Below, piece by piece: positions 1-8,239 of a DNA stretch of 25,761 nucleotides. Each line of letters starts with the position of its first letter. Within the stretch, counting starts at the first letter, position 1. The DNA comes from an uncultured virus (IMG/VR IMGVR_UViG_2687453430_000003) (taxonomy: Duplodnaviria > Heunggongvirae > Uroviricota > Caudoviricetes): IMG/VR virus record IMGVR_UViG_2687453430_000003. One strand, written 5' to 3'. The notes under the pieces were generated by a model. That model was not told the origin of the DNA. It searched no databases and saw only the letters and a list, made by a program, of their open reading frames with translations. A program made the translations under genes and the position numbers.

Positions 1-2
1 GA

Positions 3-398
3 AACGCGGCTGGCAGCCTCAAGCGGTAGCGACTTCATGTACTGAACCTGACGGGCTACGATGTCGCGCGCTACAGCGCCAACAGGCGTATTTCCCACAA
101 CATCACGTAGCCCGACTGAGATTTGCTCAGACACAGAGCGCCACTGGTTCCACTCTTCCTGTTCAACCTGGGCGAACATCTTTTTACCGACCATTTCAGC
201 CCAGGTCGATATCAGGTCTGAGTAATCAACCAGCGTGGCAGCCGTCTTATCAGCGCTTGCCTGTGAACCATCGTAAGAAGCCGCCACTATTTCGCCGATC
301 TGGTTGGCTATCGCCAGTAGGCTCTTTCTGTACTGACGCTCCGATTTGCGGCGGAGGTTCGGTTTCAGATTCAGCCTCCTCCCACTGAGACTTGGCAT
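3..398 (-). CDS. Phage head morphogenesis / minor head protein (SPP1 gp7, Mu gpF-like), 5' part only; runs off the window
   Basis: Manually translated open frame MPSLSGRRLNLKPNLRRKSERQYRKSLLAIANQIGEIV...QYMKSLPLEAASRV. ATG at 398 is preceded by GAGGA. Position directly after the portal. Start codon uncertain. Confidence 0.75.
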   Translation of the reverse strand, partial: MPSLSGRRLNLKPNLRRKSERQYRKSLLAIANQIGEIVAASYDGSQASADKTAATLVDYSDLISTWAEMVGKKMFAQVEQEEWNQWRSVSEQISVGLRDVVGNTPVGAVARDIVARQVQYMKSLPLEAASRV

Positions 399-1701
399 TG
401 TTTATGTCCTCGTCTGAAATGCTGGCTCCAATGCCTGTCACGTCTGCCATTTCACGCAGGTCTGTCAGTGCGGCATGCTGTGGCATACCCAGATCGCGAA
501 CCGCCGTAGCCAGCGCGTTAGACGTGTTCACTGCGACCGTTGAGCGGTCAACGTCCGACATCTGCCAGAGCGGGTTAAATTCGAAGGTGAAATCGTCCGG
601 CAGCGGTTCGCCGAACTCAGAGCGATGCAGAACATCGAACAGCAGGCGAATATGCGGGCGCAGGTCTCGTTCCTGCTGCGTACCCACATCTCCGTAGTAG
701 TTAGCCAGGTCAGCGTCACCAGTAGAGAACCCTTTCGGTGATTGCCGGAACATGCGCACCAGCGGTATTCCAACAGCACCGGCAATGTCCTCTTTAAACT
801 CGCTCAGCAGGTCAGATAGCCCGGCAAACGAGTAGGAGTGGGTTTCGAATGTGTCTTCGGCGTCGAACAGCGACATGCCTTCGTTTGTCTGAAACTGGCG
901 CACCAAATCCATCTGTTTAATCAACGCTTCATAGGCTGGGCCGCCCATAGCGATAATTTCGCGCAGCTTTTTAATCTTCGCAGTGCGAAGGTGTGCTTTG
1001 TATGCCAGTTGCGCCGCACCCACACTGGTACTGTCATAGGAGGTCAGGCGATCAAAGACGCGCTCAACGACAGACATACCCCATTCGTTTTCCGTAATTT
1101 TCTGCTGGTACGGCAGCTTCACACCGTCCATGCGAATCAGGCGGGAATGGTGCAGTGTCCATGCGGGTAATCCCTGCGCAGTCGTCACGATGTCGTAGAG
1201 CTCAGGTTTTCCGAGGTTGGGCCCAAGCGTTTTAATGCGTCGCGTTAACTGCGGGTTGAGCATCCAGCGGTCGAGAACGGCAAGCCCTTTGAAACTACCT
1301 TTGCCAACTTTATCCAGGATAAGCGGTGTTAACGGTGCCTGTCCTTCGATGAGGATCAGTGCGCCAGCGCCACCATAAAGCCGCGACCATTTCAGCGTCT
1401 CGTTGAGTGCGTCCCATAGCTGAAGTTCTTCAAACTTCGACTCCAGAATTCCGCGACGCTTCGGATCAATCTCGCTGGTAATGCGCACGCCTTTTTTGGT
1501 CATGTCGTCGGCGATGGCATCCACGGCCACGCCAATGATCCACGACGAGCGATACGCCCATTCAATGAGCAGGCGATTGCGGCTGGTATAGTTTGCCCGG
1601 TATGTGGATGCCGCATGCTGGTTAGGCTGTTGCATCCCGACACGGGCGACAAAGTTATCGTAAGAGTCCGCCGTGGCGACTCTTCCTGTTTTCTTCGCCA
1701 A
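250..1701 (-). CDS. Portal protein (DUF1073-type)
   Basis: ORF directly downstream of terL. Motifs GIPLVRMFRQSPKGF..TGDADLANYY and FTFEFNPLWQMS are typical of this portal family. Probable TTG start at 1701 after GGAGGA (ORF track start 1743 overlaps terL). Confidence 0.85.
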   Translation of the reverse strand: MAKKTGRVATADSYDNFVARVGMQQPNQHAASTYRANYTSRNRLLIEWAYRSSWIIGVAVDAIADDMTKKGVRITSEIDPKRRGILESKFEELQLWDALNETLKWSRLYGGAGALILIEGQAPLTPLILDKVGKGSFKGLAVLDRWMLNPQLTRRIKTLGPNLGKPELYDIVTTAQGLPAWTLHHSRLIRMDGVKLPYQQKITENEWGMSVVERVFDRLTSYDSTSVGAAQLAYKAHLRTAKIKKLREIIAMGGPAYEALIKQMDLVRQFQTNEGMSLFDAEDTFETHSYSFAGLSDLLSEFKEDIAGAVGIPLVRMFRQSPKGFSTGDADLANYYGDVGTQQERDLRPHIRLLFDVLHRSEFGEPLPDDFTFEFNPLWQMSDVDRSTVAVNTSNALATAVRDLGMPQHAALTDLREMADVTGIGASISDEDINNAKSQWEEAESETEPPPQIGASVQKEPTGDSQPDRRNSGGFLRWFTGKR

Positions 1702-1705
1702 GGGG

Positions 1706-3319
1706 TTATCCTCCGAGTTTCTTCCAGATATCCAGCGCTGCATTCATTGGGGCATAGTTGATCATCACTGAGTCAGCGAGGTTTGGTGATTTCGTTCCAT
1801 CAGGTTGTTTGTCGACAAGGATTTTCCCAACGCCGTTTTTTGACCACGTTGGCTGCGACAACTCCATCAACAGCCGATCTTTGTTCTTCATCGTGCTGCT
1901 TATTGAAATGATTTCGTCGGGGTTGTAATCCATTCCGTTCAACGCCCGGTAGGTATTACGGAAGAGTTTCCGCAAATGCCACCAGCTCTGTGCTTTTGCA
2001 TTTGCAAAGAAATCTTTGTTGAGACGGGCTGGTTTCCCGTTATCACCAGGAACGGCTTCATCATCGGGATCGAACACAGCACCGCTGCCACGAAATGGAG
2101 TTGCCGTTATTTGCGAAAGTCTTTCTGCGTGGCGCTGTTCGTTAATTACCCGAGCGTCACCACGCGCACCGGCACCGAGACCATCCTCATCGAAGCGAAA
2201 TTCATCGATTCCAAAGTCATCGCAGAAGCCAAAGGCCTTTACAACAGAGGCAAAAATGTCGCTTCCTTCACCAGACCATTCTTCAACCTCCTGCAACAGG
2301 AAGCCGTAGCGTGCAGAGAAACCATTTTTATCCTTGCCCTCGTCGGCTATATCCATAGCACCGAGGCGCTGGCCGCTTGGCTGAATACCAAGTTTGATAT
2401 GAGCATCGACCGCAGCCTGCACCCATTCGGAAGGGATAAGGATGCCCTCTGCCGAAGCCTGATAGTTAAGATCAAGCTCCTGAGCAACGATGACCGGGTT
2501 ATCAATTTTTTCACACTCTTTGCGATACCACTCATCATCCTTGCGCGGGTCACTGCGCCAGTGGAATGTGAATACCGGAATTTTTCCGCTGTGGCGCTTC
2601 TGCGCGAACGGGTTATTCATGCCGTTTACTGATGAGAGATCGATACGGCAACGTGTGGTTTGTGAAAGAGCTGCGTCAATAAGTAACGGACGTTGCAGGA
2701 AAGCAGCCTCATCCACGAAATAAAGCGTGGTACGGTCACCACGTCCGATGTTGTCTCCGGCCTCACCTTTCAATACTGCTCCAGTCTCCGGGAACTCTAC
2801 GCGCATATAGGGAGCGTGTTTTTTCTCGTCCCACTTTCCGCGAAACTCTACCGGAAGCGTTTCAACGAATTTACGTGCTTTCCAGAAAAGGGCTTTTGGG
2901 TCACCAGTGCTGTCTACGTATTCCTCTTTTCGGGAACCGAAGCCAATCACCATTTCTTTATTGAACAGACAAAGGGAGCAAGCAAGACCGATAGAAGTCC
3001 AGCTCAGACCCATTTCACGGCTTTTCTCCGTTAACCCATGCTCAAGGTTAGAGCGACGCTCCATTATCCAGTTGATCCATTCCTCTTGCCGGGGGAACAG
3101 AAGAAACGGGATAGTGACTGGCAAACCATAATCGAGGTTTCGCGGGTCGGTCGTCATCCCCCAGTCAATAATGAACTGAGAAGGATTATCACGATAAAAC
3201 TGCCTGAGCACAGGAAGCATTTCAGGATGCTGACGAATGCGTTGCAACCGCTCCATTCGCCATTCAAAAACCGCGTTATAGTCCGGATTTTTGAAGTCAA
3301 AAGGGAATGGCAGTGGCAT
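1706..3319 (-). CDS. terL: Terminase large subunit
   Basis: 537 aa. Walker A-like [10 protein letters not shown], Walker B YFVDEAA, C-terminal nuclease motifs (GAMDIA...SPNLADS). Lies between terS and portal. Confidence 0.93.
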   Translation of the reverse strand: MPLPFPFDFKNPDYNAVFEWRMERLQRIRQHPEMLPVLRQFYRDNPSQFIIDWGMTTDPRNLDYGLPVTIPFLLFPRQEEWINWIMERRSNLEHGLTEKSREMGLSWTSIGLACSLCLFNKEMVIGFGSRKEEYVDSTGDPKALFWKARKFVETLPVEFRGKWDEKKHAPYMRVEFPETGAVLKGEAGDNIGRGDRTTLYFVDEAAFLQRPLLIDAALSQTTRCRIDLSSVNGMNNPFAQKRHSGKIPVFTFHWRSDPRKDDEWYRKECEKIDNPVIVAQELDLNYQASAEGILIPSEWVQAAVDAHIKLGIQPSGQRLGAMDIADEGKDKNGFSARYGFLLQEVEEWSGEGSDIFASVVKAFGFCDDFGIDEFRFDEDGLGAGARGDARVINEQRHAERLSQITATPFRGSGAVFDPDDEAVPGDNGKPARLNKDFFANAKAQSWWHLRKLFRNTYRALNGMDYNPDEIISISSTMKNKDRLLMELSQPTWSKNGVGKILVDKQPDGTKSPNLADSVMINYAPMNAALDIWKKLGG

Positions 3320-3321
3320 AG

Positions 3322-3795
3322 CTAACCCATCATTTTTTTGTAAGCCTCAGCGGCTTCCTGTGGTGTTAAATTGGTTGTTTCGGTTTTGATTGGACCGCCA
3401 TCTTTCCCGGTGCTTTCAACCTTCAATTTATTGGTGTAAGCGTCGCCGACTTCTTTTGCGGCCTGCTCAAGTAACTGGGCCGTCATGCCAAAGTTTTTCA
3501 TTCCTTCGGTAGTCATAGCCATGCGATTGAGCGTGCGCAGCCGATAAGCTTTATTGGCAATCGGGATATCAGAAATTTCGTTTTGAAAGCGCTTGCGAGT
3601 AGTGTTGAAAAGATCGACCCATTTCTTGGCAAGCCCTTTGCCGCTAACCTTCGTCGGGTCATGAGATTCGACTTGCTGGGGAGTGACTTTAATCCCAAAA
3701 TCTTTTTGGATAGCATCGACCACGATAGATAGGCTGTCATAGCACGCAAGCATTTGAACGATGGCGGCTTTTACTTCTGGTTTTAATGCAGCCAT
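3322..3795 (-). CDS. terS: Terminase small subunit (DUF2280-like)
   Basis: [18 protein letters not shown]..., [12 protein letters not shown]-terminal TGKDGGPI motif. Immediately upstream of terL. Start taken at the ATG at 3795. Confidence 0.85.
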   Translation of the reverse strand: MAALKPEVKAAIVQMLACYDSLSIVVDAIQKDFGIKVTPQQVESHDPTKVSGKGLAKKWVDLFNTTRKRFQNEISDIPIANKAYRLRTLNRMAMTTEGMKNFGMTAQLLEQAAKEVGDAYTNKLKVESTGKDGGPIKTETTNLTPQEAAEAYKKMMG

Positions 3796-3825
3796 AAATA
3801 ACCATCCTTCCAAAGCATTCCAGAT

Positions 3826-4458
3826 TTAAGCCAGCCTCAGCATGCAAGTCCCGCATGCTCTGGCAACATCAATATGTGCAACCTCCGCAGGTTGATTTGC
3901 TGCATCCACCAGTTCCTGTACGTCGCGGTTTGCGCCATAACGACGAACTACGCCTACAAACTCTTCGACGTCATGACCGCGCAGTTTAAGCACTGGCTGT
4001 CCTGTTTCTTTGTTGAACTTCGGCGCGCCGAACTCATCGGTAGCCTGGGCTATGTGGTAAAGCTCATGCTCCACCAGTGCACAAAATTCGAGATCATTGC
4101 ATTGTGAGCAGTAATCGGCTGCCAGCGTGATGATGAACTTCGGGATACGTCCGAACCATTCATACATTTGCTGTTCCATTCTGGCCTTCTGCCATCCACC
4201 GGCACGAAGCATCACTTCCTCAGCCTGGCCCAGGACTGTGCGTCCCTTTTTGGTGAATGCAGAAGCTGCCCACATAAACGCTATGTCGGCGTCTGCGAGG
4301 TGAAAGTGATCGGGGTTATGCAAGTGTCCGGAATCGGCGATGATTTGCTCCTGCACCCATTGCCATACACCATCTGCAGGAGCTAACCGAATGTACGGTG
4401 CGAACTCTTCAACGAATGCGGATGATGGCAGAGGGCGGCGGTCGTCTTCATTCGCCAT
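3826..4458 (-). CDS. Putative phage metallopeptidase
   Basis: HExxH motif (VEHELYHI) and downstream GHDVEEF..VVRRYG. Own RBS (AGGAAGAG). Confidence 0.8.
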   Translation of the reverse strand: MANEDDRRPLPSSAFVEEFAPYIRLAPADGVWQWVQEQIIADSGHLHNPDHFHLADADIAFMWAASAFTKKGRTVLGQAEEVMLRAGGWQKARMEQQMYEWFGRIPKFIITLAADYCSQCNDLEFCALVEHELYHIAQATDEFGAPKFNKETGQPVLKLRGHDVEEFVGVVRRYGANRDVQELVDAANQPAEVAHIDVARACGTCMLRLA

Positions 4459-4485
4459 GGTTCTCTTCCTGTGGTTAAAGCCATT

Positions 4486-4512
4486 AAAAAAGCCACCCTG
4501 TTAGAGGTGGCC
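4486..4512 (-). terminator. Intrinsic terminator
   Basis: GCCACC-loop-GGTGGC followed by T6 on the minus strand, downstream of the 67-aa gene. Confidence 0.75.
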
Positions 4513-4546
4513 TTTGTGATGGCAACAAAACTACCCATCCGCGATT

Positions 4547-4750
4547 TTATGAAGATTTATTGATAGCAGCCTGAATTGCGTCGGCAAGCGGTTCGATGTA
4601 CTTAACTGCGACCTCAAGATCGTAATCTGCATTTTTTGAATTAACTGGTGCTGAGATCGTTGCCTTAATAATCTCAAGGGCCGCTTCTACAGCAATGATG
4701 CGTTGCCTGCGCTCAATGCCAGAGCCGTTCTGGTGATAGCCATCTAACAT
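4547..4750 (-). CDS. Hypothetical protein (67 aa), moron-like
   Basis: ATG preceded by GGAGA. Lies between Rz and a terminator. No recognisable family. Confidence 0.7.
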   Translation of the reverse strand: MLDGYHQNGSGIERRQRIIAVEAALEIIKATISAPVNSKNADYDLEVAVKYIEPLADAIQAAINKSS

Positions 4751-4825
4751 ATCTTATCTCCGTTTTAACCACTCACTCTTGGTGGCTATTACGATATTTA
4801 GCTCAGCAATGTAATTTTCAAGTCC

Positions 4826-5296
4826 CTATTTTAGACATTGCTCACGAATGTAAGATTGCAGCCCAGCAATCATTTTCCAACTGGTTTCGATTCGCTCTCT
4901 GAGGGTGAAATAATCCCGTTCAGCGGCGTCAGTAAGTCTGGGGCTGGCTGCATCATCCAGGCCGGTGGTGCTGGCCGTTCCGTTCGCGGGACACTTGGCG
5001 TTGATGCGCAGCCCACACTTGCCAGAGCTAACGCAACGCTGCAGATCATCAAGCTGCTTTTTCGCATCAGCTAACTCCTTCGTGTATTTCTCATCGAGTG
5101 CGGCAACGTCACGCTGGCGCACCTGCATATCGCCGATAGTGGCGTTAGCCAGGCTGAGTTGTTCAGTGGCTTTATCGCGTTGGTCTTTGTAGGTAATGGC
5201 GTTGTCTCGGTAGTGATTCACCAGCAGGGTCAGGATGCCGATTAGCGCCACCACCAGCATCTGCAGCCAATACCGTTTAACAAGCGCGGCAATCAC
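4826..5296 (-). CDS. Rz: i-spanin Rz
   Basis: N-terminal TM segment, coiled coil ([15 protein letters not shown]), PRL...[21 protein letters not shown]. Follows the endolysin. Confidence 0.93.
   Translation of the reverse strand: MIAALVKRYWLQMLVVALIGILTLLVNHYRDNAITYKDQRDKATEQLSLANATIGDMQVRQRDVAALDEKYTKELADAKKQLDDLQRCVSSGKCGLRINAKCPANGTASTTGLDDAASPRLTDAAERDYFTLRERIETSWKMIAGLQSYIREQCLK
4870..5067 (-). CDS. Rz1: o-spanin lipoprotein Rz1, embedded in Rz
   Basis: Alternative frame inside Rz. Signal peptide with lipobox (ALASVG-C) and Pro-rich mature part ([14 protein letters not shown]). Confidence 0.88.
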   Translation of the reverse strand: MRKSSLMICSVALALASVGCASTPSVPRTERPAPPAWMMQPAPDLLTPLNGIISPSESESKPVGK

Positions 5297-5733
5297 GACA
5301 GGAACAGAGCGCGCTCCGCCTCACGCCGACGGGTAAGCCCATTAAGGACTTTGCCACCAGCTTTATTCCAGCGCGGGAACTCGTCGGCAGCACCGGCATA
5401 ATCACCGGCATTCAGTTTCTTCAACAGCGTGGACGTCGATAGCGACCGTGCACCGAGGTTGTAGGCGAACGACACCAGCGCATCGAACTGGCCCTGCGTC
5501 AGTTTCACGCGCACCAGCTTCAGCACGTCATTCTCGTAACCCACCAGCCCTGTTTTCAGAAGACGCTCTGCCGTAGCCTGGTCGATAGTCATCCCGTTGC
5601 GCAGAGGCTTGCCGTCAACTGCATGGGTCCAGCCGTAACCGATGGTGAGAACGCCGACAGAATCTTTGTACGCAGTCAGGCTGCAGCCTTCGAACTCTTT
5701 GATGAGCGCGATCCCTTTAGGACTGATTTGCAT
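5293..5733 (-). CDS. R: Endolysin, GH24 phage lysozyme (P22 gp19-like)
   Basis: E-X8-D-X5-T catalytic pattern ([22 protein letters not shown]), [26 protein letters not shown]. Confidence 0.95.
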   Translation of the reverse strand: MQISPKGIALIKEFEGCSLTAYKDSVGVLTIGYGWTHAVDGKPLRNGMTIDQATAERLLKTGLVGYENDVLKLVRVKLTQGQFDALVSFAYNLGARSLSTSTLLKKLNAGDYAGAADEFPRWNKAGGKVLNGLTRRREAERALFLS

Positions 5734-6040
5734 CGTCTACCCCGACTTTCTTCGATGTGAACTTTTTAATCAGGGAACCGATAGAAGCAGTCCCGAGATA
5801 GCCGATGAACACACTGCCGATATAAGCCAGATTTGTGCTCAGACCGATAAAGTCGAGGATGTCTCGAACGAACCAGGCGATCATGGCGCACATGATACCG
5901 TCGATTAACGTCTTCGACAGCGTGTCGCCGTTGTAGCGCCCCCGCAAATACGCCATGATGAAAGCCAGTATTGCGCCGATACCCTGCTCCTTAGCTGCCA
6001 GCAGAGCGGCGATGAAATCTTGTTTGTAGGGCATTCGCAT
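5717..6040 (-). CDS. S: Class I holin/antiholin, lambda S family, dual start (107/105 aa)
   Basis: [31 protein letters not shown]. Met-Arg-Met dual start (ATGs at 6040 and 6034) matches the lambda S107/S105 lengths. Three hydrophobic segments. Confidence 0.93.
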   Translation of the reverse strand: MRMPYKQDFIAALLAAKEQGIGAILAFIMAYLRGRYNGDTLSKTLIDGIMCAMIAWFVRDILDFIGLSTNLAYIGSVFIGYLGTASIGSLIKKFTSKKVGVDDANQS

Positions 6041-6050
6041 AAGCCTCACC

Positions 6051-6065
6051 TCCGTTAATGACGGA
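6051..6065 (-). promoter_or_regulatory. sdi-like hairpin over the holin ribosome-binding site
   Basis: TCCGT-CATTA-ACGGA stem overlaps GGAGG upstream of the dual start, as in lambda S structure-directed initiation. Confidence 0.55.
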
Positions 6066-6154
6066 TGGCGCTGTGTGTTTGAAAGGGTCAGGCCCGTCGG
6101 GCTGGATTTAACAACGAAGCGTGTCGATGATGATTCCTGCGGGACCTGATAATA

Positions 6155-6178
6155 AAAAAGCCATGCAAATGCATGGCC
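6155..6178 (-). terminator. Intrinsic terminator upstream of the lysis genes
   Basis: GCCATGC-ATTT-GCATGGC followed by T6 on the minus strand. Confidence 0.75.
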
Positions 6179-6197
6179 TTGTGATTTGAATCCGTTA

Positions 6198-6226
6198 TTT
6201 ACAAAATGTATTCGAGACAGTATCTT
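6198..6226 (+). promoter_or_regulatory. Putative sigma70 promoter for a small RNA
   Basis: TTTACA (6198-6203) - 17 bp - TATCTT (6221-6226), about 80 nt upstream of a plus-strand terminator. Confidence 0.6.
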
Positions 6227-6232
6227 TCGACT

Positions 6233-6312
6233 TCCGGACAAAAAAACATATACCGGGACAAAATCTAAATGTAACTGCCTTGCCTGCATGAAACCATGCT
6301 GGCTTTTTTTTT
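6233..6312 (+). ncRNA. Candidate ~80-nt sRNA convergent to the late operon
   Basis: Bounded by the promoter above and a terminator (GCCTGCATG-AAAC-CATGCTGGC-T9, 6282-6312). 5' hairpin TCCGG/CCGGG with loop ACAAAAAAACATATA. No ORF. Confidence 0.6.
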
Positions 6313-6319
6313 GCCCAAA

Positions 6320-6343
6320 GAAAAAGCCCACCGAAGTGGGCCT
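6320..6343 (-). terminator. Intrinsic terminator
   Basis: GCCCAC-TTCG-GTGGGC followed by TTTTT on the minus strand (UUCG tetraloop). Back-to-back with the plus-strand terminator at 6282-6312. Confidence 0.85.
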
Positions 6344-6482
6344 TACAGCTATCATCATTTTTTATTAGGTGTGGTGCCGGGTGCCTCCCGGTAAGTCGCC
6401 GCCAGTCCACAGACGACTCGCAATGCGCAAAAAAACATATCAGACTGGCAATGCCCCTCCGCATAGGGGGATTCACCACACC
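6320..6482 (-). ncRNA. Candidate ~160-nt structured RNA
   Basis: Closing stem GGTGTGGTG/CACCACACC (6368-6376 with 6474-6482). Internal stems CCCCT/AGGGG, GCCAGTC/GACTGGC and CCGGG/CCCGG. Own promoter and terminator. Confidence 0.65.
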
Positions 6483-6485
6483 AAA

Positions 6486-6514
6486 AATTTAACATCTGAT
6501 GAAACTCGTTTCAA
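6486..6514 (-). promoter_or_regulatory. Putative sigma70 promoter for the structured RNA
   Basis: TTGAAA (6514-6509) - 17 bp - TAAATT (6491-6486) with extended -10 TGn. Predicted start about 6479-6482, at the 5' end of the closing stem. Confidence 0.65.
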
Positions 6515-6530
6515 TGCTCTATGACGATGT

Positions 6531-6572
6531 GACAGGGGTACTGATGCAATGCATCTCGCGAATACCCCTGTC
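6531..6572. other. Stem-loop downstream of tR'
   Basis: Perfect 10-bp inverted repeat GACAGGGGTA/TACCCCTGTC. Function unknown. Confidence 0.6.
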
Positions 6573-6586
6573 GTGTCGCCGGAAAG

Positions 6587-6617
6587 CAAAAAGCCCAAGG
6601 CGTTAACCTCGGGCTTG
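6587..6617 (-). terminator. tR' terminator
   Basis: AAGCCCGAGG-loop-CCTTGGGCTT followed by a T tract, about 50 nt downstream of the pR' start. Confidence 0.85.
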
Positions 6618-6671
6618 AATTCTTTGTGTGTCGACAATCGAAGCTATGGCGACGATATCAGATTTACATGA

Positions 6672-6700
6672 AATATATGCCTTTCAGTTCGGTTTTGCAA
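6672..6700 (-). promoter_or_regulatory. Late promoter pR'
   Basis: TTGCAA - 17 bp - TATATT, overlapping the 3' end of Q as in phage 82-type modules. Confidence 0.8.
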
Positions 6701-7373
6701 GACTTACATCTAAATTTGTCGCCTTTTGTTGTGAACGTGATCGCGTTACCGATATGAGAGCGTCGCTATCAAGCTTCACAAAACTGCTGCGCAGCGCCAG
6801 CCAATGAGGGAGGTAGGTTTCTGTCCATGTGGACTTTGCTACACCAACCAGCTCCGCCAGCGACTGGTATTCATACGTCTCCCGCCCTGCCAGCTCGGCT
6901 TTGACATCCTGCGCGGCCAGCCAGATAAGTTGACGAAGGCGATCGACAGTCTTCTTCGCAATGCGTATGCCGGCCAGCTTCTCGCTGAATGGCTCCCAGG
7001 CCCACTGGGTGATCGCCACCTGGTACTCAAAGCTAACGTTCTCGCTGTAGTTCCACAGCAGCCAAGCTTTCTGGTGGTCATCCAGCGACAGGACCGCGCG
7101 GCGCCATGACGCGGTACCGAACTCTACCGGGCTGACCAGCGCGATGGATGAGCCTTTGGCGCGGGACTGGCTGCCGCTCATCGCCGGACCGTCCGGGTTC
7201 ACTTTCCGGCCGGTTACCGGGTCGGTGATTTTCTTTCGTCCCCGGCTGCGCGCCGTCGCGGTGAACTGCGCGTTTTCGGCGAAAGCTACCAGCTGCCCTT
7301 TAGTCGCCCCGCTAAGATCTGCAGTCGCCACAATGAGCTGCTGACGTACGTATTCCAGTTGCTGACTGTTCAT
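6684..7373 (-). CDS. Q: Late antiterminator Q (phage 82 type)
   Basis: 229 aa. YVRQQLIVATADLSGATKGQL...AKGSSIALVSPVEF..SWRRAVLSL recognised as the Q82 family. C-terminal HTH. Position between nin and pR'. Confidence 0.92.
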   Translation of the reverse strand: MNSQQLEYVRQQLIVATADLSGATKGQLVAFAENAQFTATARSRGRKKITDPVTGRKVNPDGPAMSGSQSRAKGSSIALVSPVEFGTASWRRAVLSLDDHQKAWLLWNYSENVSFEYQVAITQWAWEPFSEKLAGIRIAKKTVDRLRQLIWLAAQDVKAELAGRETYEYQSLAELVGVAKSTWTETYLPHWLALRSSFVKLDSDALISVTRSRSQQKATNLDVSLAKPN

Positions 7374-7486
7374 GCGGCTACCTTCTGTGGCTGGTTGGTT
7401 TTGGTCTGGCTGTGCTTTTCTACTGGCGGCATGCTGGCGCGCTTAACGCTATCAGCCTGGTACCGAAGGAAGTCGGTGTGGTTCAT
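7370..7486 (-). CDS. Small hypothetical protein (38 aa)
   Basis: MNHTDFLRYQADSVKRASMPPVEKHSQTKTNQPQKVAA. ATGA overlaps with both ninG and Q. GGAGG RBS. Confidence 0.65.
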   Translation of the reverse strand: MNHTDFLRYQADSVKRASMPPVEKHSQTKTNQPQKVAA

Positions 7487-8076
7487 GCTGCCTCCTGCTT
7501 TTTCAGTTCTTTAAGTTTGGCGCGGTACTCATCGCGGATCCGGATATAGTCGTCGCGTTTCCATTTCGGTAATTCGTGCGGCCCCATCAGAGCGTCAAAG
7601 CGAGCCTGTCCGATTTTGGTAATCAGCGCCGGGCGGTATGCAATAAGGTTTCCGGATAGATGGTTGTTACAGGGAGCGCACTGGCGATGACAGTTGTCTT
7701 CGTTGAATCGCAGTTCCGGGTTAGCGCCGGTCGTTCGGAAATGACCGGCATGATACTGGCCGTCGTGATGGCGACCGCAGCTGATGCACGGCAGGTTACG
7801 ATCCCGGTACCGGATGAATTCGTTAAACGCCTGCTGAGCCTGTCGGATGAAATAGCTCAGAGGCTTAACCGCCTGCCGGCGTTCGGCCTGGCGCTTACGC
7901 TCAACCTTCTCGACTTTCTTCTTTTCCCGCTGAGCTTCTGCCTTCGCAGTATCATTCGCTACTTTTCCGTAGCGGCAGGCGCACTCAAAGCTACAAACCA
8001 CCTGTCCATTGCGTACCGGGTGGAACCACTGGCGACACGCTTTATGGGCGCACTTTCGGCGAGGCAACTTAGCCAT
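7483..8076 (-). CDS. ninG: NinG/Rap recombination endonuclease
   Basis: AQQAFNEFIRYRD..PCISCG...AGHFRTTGA.PELRFNEDNCHRQC..CN..LSGN. Confidence 0.93.
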   Translation of the reverse strand: MAKLPRRKCAHKACRQWFHPVRNGQVVCSFECACRYGKVANDTAKAEAQREKKKVEKVERKRQAERRQAVKPLSYFIRQAQQAFNEFIRYRDRNLPCISCGRHHDGQYHAGHFRTTGANPELRFNEDNCHRQCAPCNNHLSGNLIAYRPALITKIGQARFDALMGPHELPKWKRDDYIRIRDEYRAKLKELKKQEAA

Positions 8077-8239
8077 GCTGCCTCCGTGCCGCGAGACGCA
8101 GCCATTTCTGATCCACCAGGCGGGCGGTGTAATATTTGAGAGTGGGTATTTCTGACGGGCTCAGTTCCTGCTTGCGCTTGCTGCGCGTCGGTACTTTGTA
8201 GATGCCGCCATTCATGACGCGGTTGATGAGGTTAGCCAT
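8069..8239 (-). CDS. ninE: NinE-family protein
   Basis: Manually translated 56 aa [23 protein letters not shown]...SEIPTLKYYTARLVDQKWLRLAARRQHG resembles lambda NinE. Overlaps both neighbours. Confidence 0.75.
   Translation of the reverse strand: MANLINRVMNGGIYKVPTRSKRKQELSPSEIPTLKYYTARLVDQKWLRLAARRQHG

Noticed and set aside
250..1701. Anti-CBASS Acb1 label sometimes attached to this protein family
   Set aside because: Size, motifs and position between terL and the head gene indicate a portal. No 2H-phosphoesterase motif pair recognised.
6041..6358. 106-codon in-frame extension upstream of the holin (ORF track 5717..6358)
   Set aside because: No RBS and it crosses two terminators. The MRM start at 6040 gives the canonical 107/105-aa holin.
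6195..6479. 94-aa minus-strand ORF across the structured RNA
   Set aside because: Starts at the predicted transcript 5' end, runs through the terminator and has no protein-like features.
6368..6482. tRNA gene in the pR' region
   Set aside because: Cloverleaf-like but lacks the TTCGA T-loop, a 7-nt anticodon loop and tRNA dimensions.
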